A stretch of DNA of 64,000 bases from Chloroflexota bacterium (GCA_016197225.1 JACPWC010000071.1:14217-78216), one strand, 5' to 3'. Shown: positions 34,030-43,413, numbered from the stretch's first letter. Made by a program: numbers and translations. Notes: generated from the letters alone by a model not told the origin.

Positions 34030-36768
34030 GTGACTGACACAGATCTCAAGCAACCTGGCGCCCTCATCGGTGGCCGTTACCGGCTCGGCGAGCGCCTGGG
34101 GCGGGGCGGCATGGCCGAGGTCTACAAGGCCTACCAGGAAAGCCTCGATCGCCACGTCGCCATCAAGTTCATGCACGCCTTCCTGGCCGAAGACCCGCAG
34201 TTCCAACAGCGCTTCCAGCGTGAGGCCCGCAGTGTCGCCGCCCTGCATCATCCCAACATCGTCCAGGTCATTGACTTCGACTGGGCCGAGGGCGCGGCTT
34301 ACATGGTGATGGAGTTCATTGACGGCCTCACCCTCGACGCGCGTTTAGCCGAACTGGCCGAACGCAAAGAGCGCCTGCCGCTCGCCGAAGCCGTCCGCGT
34401 CGTCCGCGACGCCGCTCACGCCCTCAGTTACGCCCACGCCCGCGACATCGTCCACCGCGACATCAAGCCGGCCAACATCATGCTCGAACGACAGGGCCGC
34501 GTCATCCTCACCGACTTCGGCCTGGCTAAGCTCATGTCGGCCTCGCGCTTCACCACCTCCGGGGCCATCCTGGGCACGCCCGCTTACATGGCCCCCGAGC
34601 AGGCGCTGGGGCAGGCGGGCGATAAACGGGTGGACATTTACGCCCTCGGCGTCCTCCTCTACGAACTGGTCACCGGTCAACTCCCCTTTGAGGCCGACTC
34701 GGCCATCGCCCTCATCCTCATGCACCTCAACCAGGCCGCCGCCCCCCCGCGCACCCTCAACCCCGACCTGCCCGAAGGCCTGGAGCAAGTCATCCTCAAG
34801 GCCATGAGCAAACGGCCCGAAACCCGCATTCAATCCGCCGACGAACTGGCGGCGCATCTCAACTTTTTCCTCTCGCCGACGAGCGCCGCGCCCCCCGATC
34901 TGGCCGCCGCTCCCTCCGTCAACCTCCGCCCCTTGCCGCCGCACAACCTGCCCGCCCAGCCCACTTCGTTCATTGGCCGCCAACAGGAACTTTCTGAAGT
35001 GTGCGCGCTCCTCCGCCAGCCTGAGGTGCGTCTGGCGACTCTCACCGGCCCGGGCGGCGCGGGCAAGACCCGCCTCAGTTTGCAAGTCGCCAGCACCCTC
35101 CTGCCCGAATTTGCCGACGGCGTCTTCTTCGTTCCTATCGCCGAGATTCGCGAACCCGATTTCGTCATCACCGCCGTTGCCCAGGCCCTCGGCGTCAAAG
35201 AAGGCGAACGCGCACTACTCGATCACCTCAAGGCGCACTTACAATCCCGGCAAGTCTTGTTGGTGCTGGACAACTTCGAGCAAGTGTTGGAAGCCGCGCC
35301 ACTCATCGCCGAGTTGCTAATTGCTTCACCGGGCTTGAAAGTGCTGGCGACCAGCCGCGCCGCCTTGCGCGTCTATGGCGAACACGAATTCCCTGTGCCG
35401 CCGCTGGCCGTGCCTGATCTGAATCAACTGACTTCGCCGGGTGCGGAAGGGGCCGCCGACCTGACTCGATACACCGCCATTTCTCTCTTCGCCGAGCGCG
35501 CTCAGGCGGTGAAACCCAACTTCACCCTCACCCACGACAACGCGATCACGGTTGCTCAAATTTGCGCCAAACTCGACGGCCTGCCTCTGGCCATCGAACT
35601 GGTTGCGCCGCGCATCAAATTGCTTTCTCTCTCGGCCATCCTCAACGGCCTCGACAGCCGTCTCAAACTGCTCACCGGCGGCGCGCGCGATCTCCCGGCC
35701 CGCCAGCGCACCCTGCGCGGCGCGATTGACTGGGGCTACAATCTGCTCGAAGAAGACGAGCGGATTCTGTTTGCGCGGCTGGGGGTGTTCAGCGGCGGCT
35801 TCACCCTGGAGTCCGCCGAGGCGGTTCTGGGAGCAGAGCCGGTCAACCCTGAATACTCGATCCTCGACGGCCTCACCGTCATGGTAGATAACAGTCTTCT
35901 ACGTCAGACCGAAACCGCCGCCGCCGAGCCGCGCTTTACAATGTTTGAAACCATCCGCGAGTATGCGCTTGAAAAATTGCAGGCGGGCGGCGAACTGGCG
36001 CGCTATCAGACTTTGCATGCAACGCACTACCTGGCGCTGGCCGAGGCCGCCGCGCCGCAACTTCAGGGCCGCGATCAAATTGCCGCTCTCAACCAGTTTG
36101 AAGCCGAGCATCACAATCTCATCGCCGCGCTGGCCGGGTCGCTCGCGCGCCGCAGTCTGCCCACTGTTCTTCGCCTCGGCAGCGCCCTGTGGCGTTTCTG
36201 GCTTTTGCGCGGCCACCTCAGCGAAGGCCTCAAATGGCTGGACGAGATTCGGGCGCTGGCCCGCGAACATCCGTCGCCCGATCCTGTTCCGCTCGCTCGC
36301 GCCCTGTACGGCGTGGCCGCGCTCCATAACGAACGCGGCGACACGGCCACGGCTTCGGCATTGTTTGAGGAGAGTCTGACTCTATTCAAGCAGGCCGGCG
36401 CGGCGAGTGGGGCCGCTTACGCGCAAAACGATCTCGGCGCTTCGCTGTTGGCCCAAACGCGCACTGAAGAGGCGACGGCTCTGTGTGAGGCAAGTCTCGC
36501 CGCTTTCAAAAAAATGGGCGATGATTGGGGGACGGCCAGCGCGTTGACCAACCTCGGTCTGGCCGCCCTCTCGCGTGGCGACGCGGCCCGGGCCACGCAG
36601 TTGTGCCAGGAGAGCTTGAGTCTGTTTCAAAAGCTGGGCGACCGCTGGGGCATGGCCCTGGCCCTGAATAACTTAGGGTTGGCCGCCTTGCCGCAGGGCG
36701 ACCATGACCGCGCCAGCACCCTGGTGGAAAGCGGCCTGGCGCTGATACGCGAATTGGGAAGTAGATAA
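34030..36768 (+). CDS. Ser/Thr protein kinase fused to a STAND/AAA ATPase and TPR repeats
   Basis: Hanks kinase motifs are present (GRGGMAEVYKA, HRDIKPANIM, DFGLAK, APE). The Walker A is LTGPGGAGKTRL, the Walker B LLVLDNFEQ. C-terminal TPR-like repeats include ALNNLGLAAL and ALTNLGLAAL. Confidence 0.9.
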   Translation: MTDTDLKQPGALIGGRYRLGERLGRGGMAEVYKAYQESLDRHVAIKFMHAFLAEDPQFQQRFQREARSVAALHHPNIVQVIDFDWAEGAAYMVMEFIDGLTLDARLAELAERKERLPLAEAVRVVRDAAHALSYAHARDIVHRDIKPANIMLERQGRVILTDFGLAKLMSASRFTTSGAILGTPAYMAPEQALGQAGDKRVDIYALGVLLYELVTGQLPFEADSAIALILMHLNQAAAPPRTLNPDLPEGLEQVILKAMSKRPETRIQSADELAAHLNFFLSPTSAAPPDLAAAPSVNLRPLPPHNLPAQPTSFIGRQQELSEVCALLRQPEVRLATLTGPGGAGKTRLSLQVASTLLPEFADGVFFVPIAEIREPDFVITAVAQALGVKEGERALLDHLKAHLQSRQVLLVLDNFEQVLEAAPLIAELLIASPGLKVLATSRAALRVYGEHEFPVPPLAVPDLNQLTSPGAEGAADLTRYTAISLFAERAQAVKPNFTLTHDNAITVAQICAKLDGLPLAIELVAPRIKLLSLSAILNGLDSRLKLLTGGARDLPARQRTLRGAIDWGYNLLEEDERILFARLGVFSGGFTLESAEAVLGAEPVNPEYSILDGLTVMVDNSLLRQTETAAAEPRFTMFETIREYALEKLQAGGELARYQTLHATHYLALAEAAAPQLQGRDQIAALNQFEAEHHNLIAALAGSLARRSLPTVLRLGSALWRFWLLRGHLSEGLKWLDEIRALAREHPSPDPVPLARALYGVAALHNERGDTATASALFEESLTLFKQAGAASGAAYAQNDLGASLLAQTRTEEATALCEASLAAFKKMGDDWGTASALTNLGLAALSRGDAARATQLCQESLSLFQKLGDRWGMALALNNLGLAALPQGDHDRASTLVESGLALIRELGSR

Positions 36769-36771
36769 GCC

Positions 36772-38025
36772 ATGAAAAAACTGGAAGTTGTTCCTAACCC
36801 CTGGCTCCGCCTCATGCGCTACGCGTGGGTTGTGACGGCTGTGCTGGCGTTCGGCATTCTCATCGCCGCCCTGCCACACTACTACGCCAGAGTCCTGGTG
36901 GAGGCGGCCAACCAGCTCGTGGACGGGCCGCCCGAGTTCGTCTTCGCGATGGATTTCATCGGCACGTTTGCTTCCGTTCTCGCCGCGGTCGTCTCCCTTG
37001 CCGTCGCGGTTCTGCTGTTCAGGCGCAAAGCGCGCGACGGCATGGCGCTGTTCCTGTCATTCTTTCTGCTCGGCTACGGCACGATGATGGCGGGGCCGCT
37101 GGAAGCGCTTTTTGATTTTGGCGGCCCGGGCAGTGAGTTTGCCCTGCTGGCCCAGACCGGTCTGCTGACGGCGCCAATGATTGCCTTCGGTTTCCTTTTT
37201 CCGAACGGGAGATTTGTCCCGCGCTGGAGCCGGGGCCTCCTGGTCATCTCGCTTTTTCTCCTGCCACTGCTGGCCTCGACGCCGGTGAGCCAATGGTTTT
37301 CGACCCCCACGCCCGCGACCCTCGTGGGCGAATTCGGTCTGGGGGCGCTCCTCCTCGCGGCGCTCGGCGCGCAAGTCCACCGCTATCGCCGGGTGTCGAA
37401 TTTCGACGAGCGCCAGCAGACGAAATGGGTGCTGTATGGCTTCGTGCTTTTCTTTGCCCTGATAGTTGTCTTGACGATCCCGTACTCGATCTTGGAGGCC
37501 ATCCCGAAAGGCAGGCGCATTCCCTGGTGGGGGCCTCTGAACGGCGCGCTGTGGTGGCTCTCGTTGTGTGTTCTGCCCGTTTCGATTGCGCTGGCCATTC
37601 TGCGGCATCGCCTGTACGACATTGACATCCTCATCCGCCGCACCCTGCAATACTCGGTGTTGACCGGCCTGCTTGCCTTCACCTACTTTGGCAGTATCGT
37701 CGTCCTGCAAAGTATTTTCACAGCAGTCACCGGCCAGCAGTCGCCGGTCGTCCTCGTCCTCTCCACTCTCGCCATCGCCGCCCTGTTCTTCCCGCTTCGC
37801 AACCGGGTGCAAGATTTCATTGACCGCCGCTTCTTTCGCAAAAAGTACGACGCGGCTAAAGTCATCGCCGAGTTCGCCGCCACCTGCCGCGACGAGACGG
37901 ATTTGGATAAACTGACAGCACGGCTGGTGGAAGTGGTAGACGAGACGATGCAACCTGAAAGTGTGACGCTGTGGCTAAAAGACTCTAACGCAAAGCCGCA
38001 AAGGCGCGAGGGCGCAAAGGAATGA
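36772..38025 (+). CDS. polytopic membrane protein, paralog 3
   Basis: HRYRRVSNFDERQQTKWV, LRHRLYDIDILIRRTLQYS, DRRFFRKKYDAAKVIAEFAATCRDETDLDKLTARLVEVVDETMQPESVTLWLKDSNAKP. It starts 3 nt after the kinase stop. Confidence 0.75.
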   Translation: MKKLEVVPNPWLRLMRYAWVVTAVLAFGILIAALPHYYARVLVEAANQLVDGPPEFVFAMDFIGTFASVLAAVVSLAVAVLLFRRKARDGMALFLSFFLLGYGTMMAGPLEALFDFGGPGSEFALLAQTGLLTAPMIAFGFLFPNGRFVPRWSRGLLVISLFLLPLLASTPVSQWFSTPTPATLVGEFGLGALLLAALGAQVHRYRRVSNFDERQQTKWVLYGFVLFFALIVVLTIPYSILEAIPKGRRIPWWGPLNGALWWLSLCVLPVSIALAILRHRLYDIDILIRRTLQYSVLTGLLAFTYFGSIVVLQSIFTAVTGQQSPVVLVLSTLAIAALFFPLRNRVQDFIDRRFFRKKYDAAKVIAEFAATCRDETDLDKLTARLVEVVDETMQPESVTLWLKDSNAKPQRREGAKE

Positions 38026-38060
38026 AAAGAATCTTTGCGACCTTGCGTCTTTGCGTTAAA
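37986..38060. repeat. CGCAAAG-type palindromic element overlapping the last codons and the stop of paralog 3
   Basis: taacgcaaagccgcaaaggcgcgagggcgcaaaggaatgaaaagaatctttgcgaccttgcgtctttgcgtta. The TGA stop at 38023-38025 lies inside the element. Confidence 0.8.
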
Positions 38061-38071
38061 GGTTTAACCTG

Positions 38072-39349
38072 ATGAATACAATTGCCTCCGAATCAAATAC
38101 GACGCTGCGCCCGCCCTGGGTTCACCTGGCACGCGCCGCCTGGATTCTCATAAGCCTTGCCACGCTTACACTGTTCCTCGTCGGCACGGTGAAAACCATT
38201 CGCGCGCCCTTGCCCAGCTGCATAGCCCCCGATGCCGCCTGCACGCAGGTATTCATCAGCCGCGAAGACGCGCAGATTGCCGAACAAATGGGGCTGCCGA
38301 TCCCATTATTCGCCGTCACTCTGGCATTAGCGATTGTTGCCCGGCTGAGCCTGGTCGTGGTAGGCATCATCATCTTCTGGCGCAGGTCGGATGACTGGGT
38401 GGCGATGATGCTGTCCGGCTCGCTGATGACGACTCTGATTGAGGGCGGGTTTGGAAATATGGGCGTGCTTAATGTCGCCATTGCCTTGTTGTTTGCAATT
38501 GGGGCTGCGCTCTTTAATCCGCTCCCGTTCGTGTTTCCCAATGGACGTCCCGAGCCGCGCTGGACACGTTGGATTGTCATTCCACTCACAGCTGGGTTTA
38601 CCCTCACGAGTCTGGCGGCTTATTTTTCGCCGCAATGGGCGGGGCCGAATGCCGCCTTGACCATTATCTGGGTCACCCTTTCGCTTTATGCGATGGTCTA
38701 TCGCTACTTCCGCGTCTCGAACGCGGTAGAGCGCCAGCAGACGAAGTGGGTGCTGCTTGGTTTGTCAGCCACTTTCGTCGTTGGGATTAATTACGTTGTC
38801 AGTAACTCCATTTTTCCCTCGTCGCAGCCCTCGCCCACCCGAATCACCGGGTTATTGATCGGCTTGGCGCTCTATCTGGGGGGCTATGGTTTTTTCGCTT
38901 TCTCTATGGGCGTGGCCATGCTCCGCTACCGGCTGTGGGACATTGACCTCCTCATCCGCCGGACGCTCATCTACTCGATTCTCTCTGGCCTCCTCGCTCT
39001 CACTTACTTCGGCAGTGTGGTGGTTTTGCAAGGCATTTTTACTGCCATCAGCGGCCAATCGTCCGCCGTCAGCATTGTCATTTCCACCCTCACCATCGCC
39101 GCCCTGTTCTTCCCGCTTCGCAACCGCGTGCAGGATTTCATTGACCGCCGCTTCTATCGCAAGAAGTACGACGCGGCCAAGACGCTGGCCGAGTTCGCCG
39201 CGACCTGCCGCGATGAGACGGATTTGGACAAGTTGACGGCGCGGCTGGTGGAAGTGGTGGACGAGACGATGCAACCGGAGAGTGTGGCCTTGTGGCTGAA
39301 GCCGACCGAGACCGCGATCTCCAGGAAAGGGATCAACGATCAACGATGA
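38072..39349 (+). CDS. polytopic membrane protein, paralog 4
   Basis: Its N-terminus is alignable with paralog 2 (SNTTLRPPW...ARAAWI...PLPSC...IIFWRRSDDW). The C-terminal module is LRYRLWDIDLLIRRTLIYS ... DRRFYRKKYDAAKTLAEFAATCRDETDLDKLTARLVEVVDETMQPESVALWL. Confidence 0.75.
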   Translation: MNTIASESNTTLRPPWVHLARAAWILISLATLTLFLVGTVKTIRAPLPSCIAPDAACTQVFISREDAQIAEQMGLPIPLFAVTLALAIVARLSLVVVGIIIFWRRSDDWVAMMLSGSLMTTLIEGGFGNMGVLNVAIALLFAIGAALFNPLPFVFPNGRPEPRWTRWIVIPLTAGFTLTSLAAYFSPQWAGPNAALTIIWVTLSLYAMVYRYFRVSNAVERQQTKWVLLGLSATFVVGINYVVSNSIFPSSQPSPTRITGLLIGLALYLGGYGFFAFSMGVAMLRYRLWDIDLLIRRTLIYSILSGLLALTYFGSVVVLQGIFTAISGQSSAVSIVISTLTIAALFFPLRNRVQDFIDRRFYRKKYDAAKTLAEFAATCRDETDLDKLTARLVEVVDETMQPESVALWLKPTETAISRKGINDQR

Positions 39350-40824
39350 CGAACATTATTGTAGTTGGCGGCGGGCCGGCAGGTGTCACCGCCGCCCTGC
39401 GCGCCCGCGAACTGGGCGCAAACGTGACCCTGGTAGAACGCGGACGACTCGGCGGTGTTTGCACCAACGACGGTTGCGCGCCGACGCGGGTGCTGGCCAA
39501 AGCGGCCCGTCTCGTCCGCGAGGCCGAACAGTTTGGCGATTACGGGCTGATCGGCCAGCCGCCCACTGTGGACCTGGCCGAATTGCTGGCGCGAGTCCAG
39601 CAAACGATCTACCGCCTGCAAGAGAAGAAGCAACTGCTCAGCCACCTGGAAGAGGCCGGGGTTAAAGTGCTGGCGGAGGTTGGCGAAGCGCGTTTCGTGG
39701 ACGCGCACACGCTGGTCCTTGCCGGTAGTAACGACTTTAGTCGTTCGCCAGCGACTGAAGTCGCTACTACAATACTGAAAGCTGATAAGTTCATTCTCTG
39801 TGTCGGCGGCCATGCCCGACGATTGAATTTCCCCGGCAGTGAATATGCCCTCACACACAGCGACGTGTGGACGATGCGGAGTCTGCCACGCTCGGTCGCC
39901 GTCGTCGGGGCGGCGGCCACCGGTTGTCAACTGGCTTCTATCCTCGCCGCTTTCGGCGCGCAGACTCACTTACTTGATCTCGCGCCCCGCATCCTGCCCG
40001 CCGAGGATGAAAATGTGTCGGCGGAGATCGCAAATGGTTTTCGGAAACACGGGATCAAGATCATTACCGGCATCGGCGGCGTCCACCAGATTGACAAGAT
40101 CGGGTCGGGACTCTGCCTCCACTACAAATCCGGCGCCGACGTTCTCTCCCTGGAAGTGGAAGCGGTCATCATGGCGACCGGTTGGGCCGGCAACGTTGAA
40201 AGGTTGAATGCCGAAGCGGCGGGTATCAAGACCGAACACGGTTACGTGGTAGTGGACGATTTTCTGCGTTCGACCGCGCCGCACATCTTTGCCGCCGGCG
40301 ACATCACCGGGCGGATGATGCTGGTGCAGAGCGCCGGTTACGAAGCGCGGGTGGCCGCCGAGAACGCCGTGCTGGGCCTGGCGCGCAAATACGAACATCG
40401 GATCGTGCCGCACGGCGGCTTCACCGACCCAGAATACGGCAGTGTGGGCTTCACCGAAGCGCAGGCGCGGGCCGCCGAGCCGGATTGCGTTGTGGCGCGA
40501 GTGTCTTACGCCGAACTGGATCGGCCCGTGATTGATGGCCGCCCGGACGGGTTCTGCAAGCTGATTGTTTCGCGAGCCACGCGCCAACTGTTAGGCGCAC
40601 ACGTCGTCGGCGAGCAGGCGGTGGAAGTCGTACAATTGATTGCCACCGGCATGGCGGCCGGACTGCAAATCGAGCAGTTAGCCGAACTGGAACTGGCCTA
40701 CCCGACCTTCACCGAAATCGTCGGCCTGGCGGCGCGGCAGTCCGCACACGAATTGGCGGTGACCCCGCTCGCGCCGCACTGGCGCGCTCTCGGCCAACGA
40801 AGCGCTTTAACGCAAGGACGCTAA
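39346..40824 (+). CDS. pyridine-nucleotide-disulfide oxidoreductase family flavoprotein (dihydrolipoyl-dehydrogenase/mercuric-reductase-like)
   Basis: IIVVGGGPAGVTAALRA, a GGVCTNDGCAPTRVL redox-Cys region, a second Rossmann VAVVGAAATGCQLA, AAGDITG, and a dimerisation-domain ELAYPTFTE. ATG 39346 overlaps the stop of paralog 4. Confidence 0.8.
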   Translation: MTNIIVVGGGPAGVTAALRARELGANVTLVERGRLGGVCTNDGCAPTRVLAKAARLVREAEQFGDYGLIGQPPTVDLAELLARVQQTIYRLQEKKQLLSHLEEAGVKVLAEVGEARFVDAHTLVLAGSNDFSRSPATEVATTILKADKFILCVGGHARRLNFPGSEYALTHSDVWTMRSLPRSVAVVGAAATGCQLASILAAFGAQTHLLDLAPRILPAEDENVSAEIANGFRKHGIKIITGIGGVHQIDKIGSGLCLHYKSGADVLSLEVEAVIMATGWAGNVERLNAEAAGIKTEHGYVVVDDFLRSTAPHIFAAGDITGRMMLVQSAGYEARVAAENAVLGLARKYEHRIVPHGGFTDPEYGSVGFTEAQARAAEPDCVVARVSYAELDRPVIDGRPDGFCKLIVSRATRQLLGAHVVGEQAVEVVQLIATGMAAGLQIEQLAELELAYPTFTEIVGLAARQSAHELAVTPLAPHWRALGQRSALTQGR

Positions 40825-40918
40825 GATGCAAAGGCGCAAGGGAAATAAATGGGACGCAGATGAACACAAATTTCCGCAGATAAATCGAAAAATCTGCGTA
40901 AATCTGCGAAATCTGCGG
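40807..40918. repeat. composite CGCAAGG/CGCAGAT palindromic element overlapping a gene 3' end
   Basis: ttaacgcaaggacgctaagatgcaaaggcgcaaggg ... cgcagatgaacacaaatttccgcagataaatcgaaaaatctgcgtaaatctgcgaaatctgcgg. The TAA stop of the oxidoreductase (40822-40824) lies inside it. Confidence 0.7.
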
Positions 40919-40979
40919 ATAAGCCCGTAACGCTCTTCGTAACGATCCGCAAACGCTTATCCTGTAGACTGGAGTTGAA

Positions 40980-42599
40980 ATGACCACTTTACTGAGATCT
41001 TTCTGGCAAACGCTGACCGGTCAAAGCCAACCGGCGGCAACCGAGACGCCTCAACAGCCGGCGGCCCAACCGGCCCGCCCGGTCAAGGCGCTCACCCTTG
41101 AAATTGCGCCCAACGACCCGCTGGCGGTCTATTTCCAGAGTTCGCCCGGCACAGTGGAGATCGAACGACTCAATATGGACTCGCCCGCGCTGAAAGTGTT
41201 GAAGGCGGCCCGGGTCAAACTGATAGTGCCGCTGGTCAGCCAGGGTGAACTCATTGGCGTGGTCAGCCTCGACCATCGCCGCAGTGAGCAGGACTATTCC
41301 AGCGACGACCGCGGGCTGTTGAGCAACCTGGCCACGCAGGCCGGGCCGGCGGTGCGCGTGGCGCAACTGGTGCGCCAGCAACAACTCGAAGCGCAAGCCC
41401 GTGAACGGTTGGAACAGGAATTGCGCGTCGCGCGCCTGATCCAGCAAACGCTTCTGCCTAAAGAATTACCCGCCCTGGCCGGCTGGAACGTGGCCGCCTA
41501 TTACCAACCCGCGCGCTCGGTGGGCGGCGACTTTTACGACTTCATCTATTTGCCCGATGGCCGCCTGGGTCTGGTGATCGGCGATGTCACCGACAAAGGC
41601 GTACCGGCGGCCCTGGTCATGGCCACCGCCCACGCGCTCTTGCGCACGGCCGCCCTCCAATTCGACACCCCCGGGCAAGTGCTGGCGCAAGTCAACAACC
41701 TGATCTGCCCCGACATCCCGCCCAAGATGTTCGTCACCTGCCTGTACGCCATCCTCGACTCGACCACTGGGCGCTTGCACTACGCCAACGCCGGCCACGA
41801 TTTGCCCTATGCCTGGTCGGGCGCCGGCGCAACCGAACTGCGTGCGCGCGGGATGCCGCTCGGCCTGATGTCGGGCATGAACTACGAAGAAAAAGAAAAG
41901 ATGATCGCCCCCGGCGAGAGCATCCTTTTCTACAGCGACGGCCTGGTGGAAGCCCACAATGCCCGGCGCGATATGTTCGGGTTCCCGCGCCTGGGGCGGC
42001 TGGTTGGCGAACACAAGGGCGGCGCGAGCGTGATTGAATTTTTGCTCGACGAACTCAAAACCTTCACCGGCCCGGACTGGGAACAGGAAGACGATACGAC
42101 GATGGTGGTCGTTCAACGTGGTGAAGCAGAGGATGGGGGGGAAGCCGCCTCCTGGCAAACCATTGCCGCCTTTACTGTCCCCAGCGAACCCGGCAACGAA
42201 CGTGAAGCCATGCAACGCGTGGCCGAGGTAGTGAAGGACCTGAACCTGCCCTCGGCCCGTTTTGAAAAATTGAAGACGGCAGTGGCCGAAGGCACGATGA
42301 ACGCCATCGAGCACGGCAACCAGAACCGGCCCGACCTGAACGTGGAAATCGCCGTGTTAGTGTCGGCGGCCCGGGACGCGTTGGCGGTGCGCATCACCGA
42401 TCACGCTCTGGCTGGCAACAAGCCGGTGGCGGCGGCCACCCCCGATCTGGACGCCAAGCTGGCCGGCCTGCAAACGCCGCGCGGCTGGGGGTTGTTCCTC
42501 ATCGAGAAGATGGTGGACAAGATGAACGTGATCAGCAACGAGGCGCACCACACCCTCGAACTCATCGTAACTCTTCAAGGAGACGGGCATGCCCAATAA
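40980..42599 (+). CDS. GAF - PP2C (SpoIIE/RsbU-type) phosphatase - HATPase_c (RsbW/SpoIIAB-like kinase) fusion protein
   Basis: PP2C blocks GGDFYDF, VIGDVTDKGVPAAL and YSDGLVEA. The C-terminal block NAIEHGN ... RGWGLFLIEKMVDK is typical of anti-sigma Ser kinases. Confidence 0.8.
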   Translation: MTTLLRSFWQTLTGQSQPAATETPQQPAAQPARPVKALTLEIAPNDPLAVYFQSSPGTVEIERLNMDSPALKVLKAARVKLIVPLVSQGELIGVVSLDHRRSEQDYSSDDRGLLSNLATQAGPAVRVAQLVRQQQLEAQARERLEQELRVARLIQQTLLPKELPALAGWNVAAYYQPARSVGGDFYDFIYLPDGRLGLVIGDVTDKGVPAALVMATAHALLRTAALQFDTPGQVLAQVNNLICPDIPPKMFVTCLYAILDSTTGRLHYANAGHDLPYAWSGAGATELRARGMPLGLMSGMNYEEKEKMIAPGESILFYSDGLVEAHNARRDMFGFPRLGRLVGEHKGGASVIEFLLDELKTFTGPDWEQEDDTTMVVVQRGEAEDGGEAASWQTIAAFTVPSEPGNEREAMQRVAEVVKDLNLPSARFEKLKTAVAEGTMNAIEHGNQNRPDLNVEIAVLVSAARDALAVRITDHALAGNKPVAAATPDLDAKLAGLQTPRGWGLFLIEKMVDKMNVISNEAHHTLELIVTLQGDGHAQ

Positions 42600-42936
42600 C
42601 ACACTATCCACAAGCGTGCGCCAGGCAAACTCAACTGCGATTATTGACTTGCGCGGCGAGATCAATTCCTTTGCCGAAGAAGTTCTGAACAACGCCTATA
42701 CCGAAGCCAACCAGGCCCATCCTAAAATTATCCTGCTCAACTTCAGCGGCGTAGACTACATCAACAGCACCGGCATCGCCCTCATCGTCGGCCTGCTGGC
42801 GCAAGCGCGCAAGTCGGGCCAGCGGTTGTTCACCACCGGCCTGAGCAGTCACTATGTCGAAATCTTCCAGATCACCCGGCTGTCCGATTTCATGAACATC
42901 TATCCCGACGAGGCCAGCGCCCTCGCGGCCCAGTAA
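42589..42936 (+). CDS. STAS-domain anti-sigma-factor antagonist
   Basis: 115 aa. IIDLRGEINSFAEEVL...LNFSGVDYINSTGIALIVGLL has the conserved phosphorylatable Ser context (INSTG). Confidence 0.85.
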   Translation: MPNNTLSTSVRQANSTAIIDLRGEINSFAEEVLNNAYTEANQAHPKIILLNFSGVDYINSTGIALIVGLLAQARKSGQRLFTTGLSSHYVEIFQITRLSDFMNIYPDEASALAAQ

Positions 42937-43033
42937 TTTTCGATTTAGGATTTTAGATTTTTGATTACGGATATGACGGCTCCCTCCCGACGGAAGCGGT
43001 TGTCAATCCAAAATCCCCAATCCGAAATCCAGA
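42937..43033. repeat. imperfect inverted arrays of GGATTTT/GATTTAG-type heptamers
   Basis: The left arm is ttttcgatttaggattttagatttttgatt. The right arm is caatccaaaatccccaatccgaaatc, roughly 70 percent complementary by eye. Confidence 0.6.
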
Positions 43034-43399
43034 ATGAGGAATGCCATGACCCCGGCTAAAGCGACTCTCACCGTGCGTTCACTTAATAGCCACGCCAGTG
43101 TGGTGGACATCAAAGGCGACATCACCGCCGCCGCCGAGGCGGCCTTGTCGGATGCTTACACTCAGGCCACCGCCGCCGGTGCGCGCATCATCATCCTGAA
43201 TTTCAGCGGCCTCGAATACATGAACAGTTCCGGCATCGGCCTGCTGGTGACTCTGCTCGTGCGCGCCAACCGGCAAAAGCAACACCTGCTGGCCTGCGGC
43301 CTGAGCCAGCACTACCAGCAGATTTTTGAGTTGACCCGCCTCAACGAAGCTATCGGCATCTTCAATACCGAAGCCGATGCAATCGCCACGGCTGGCTGA
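43034..43399 (+). CDS. STAS-domain anti-sigma-factor antagonist (second copy)
   Basis: VVDIKGDITAAAEAAL...LNFSGLEYMNSSGIGLLVTLL. ATG 43046 is an alternative start. Confidence 0.85.
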   Translation: MRNAMTPAKATLTVRSLNSHASVVDIKGDITAAAEAALSDAYTQATAAGARIIILNFSGLEYMNSSGIGLLVTLLVRANRQKQHLLACGLSQHYQQIFELTRLNEAIGIFNTEADAIATAG

Positions 43400-43413
43400 T
43401 CAATGGAGAACGC

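Noticed and set aside
29234-39298. Whether the repeated ~375-bp blocks or the heptamer arrays could be a CRISPR array.
   Set aside because: The blocks are coding 3' ends of paralogous genes, kilobases apart. The heptamer arrays have 7-nt units without spacers. There is no 25-40-bp repeat/unique-spacer periodicity and no cas genes.
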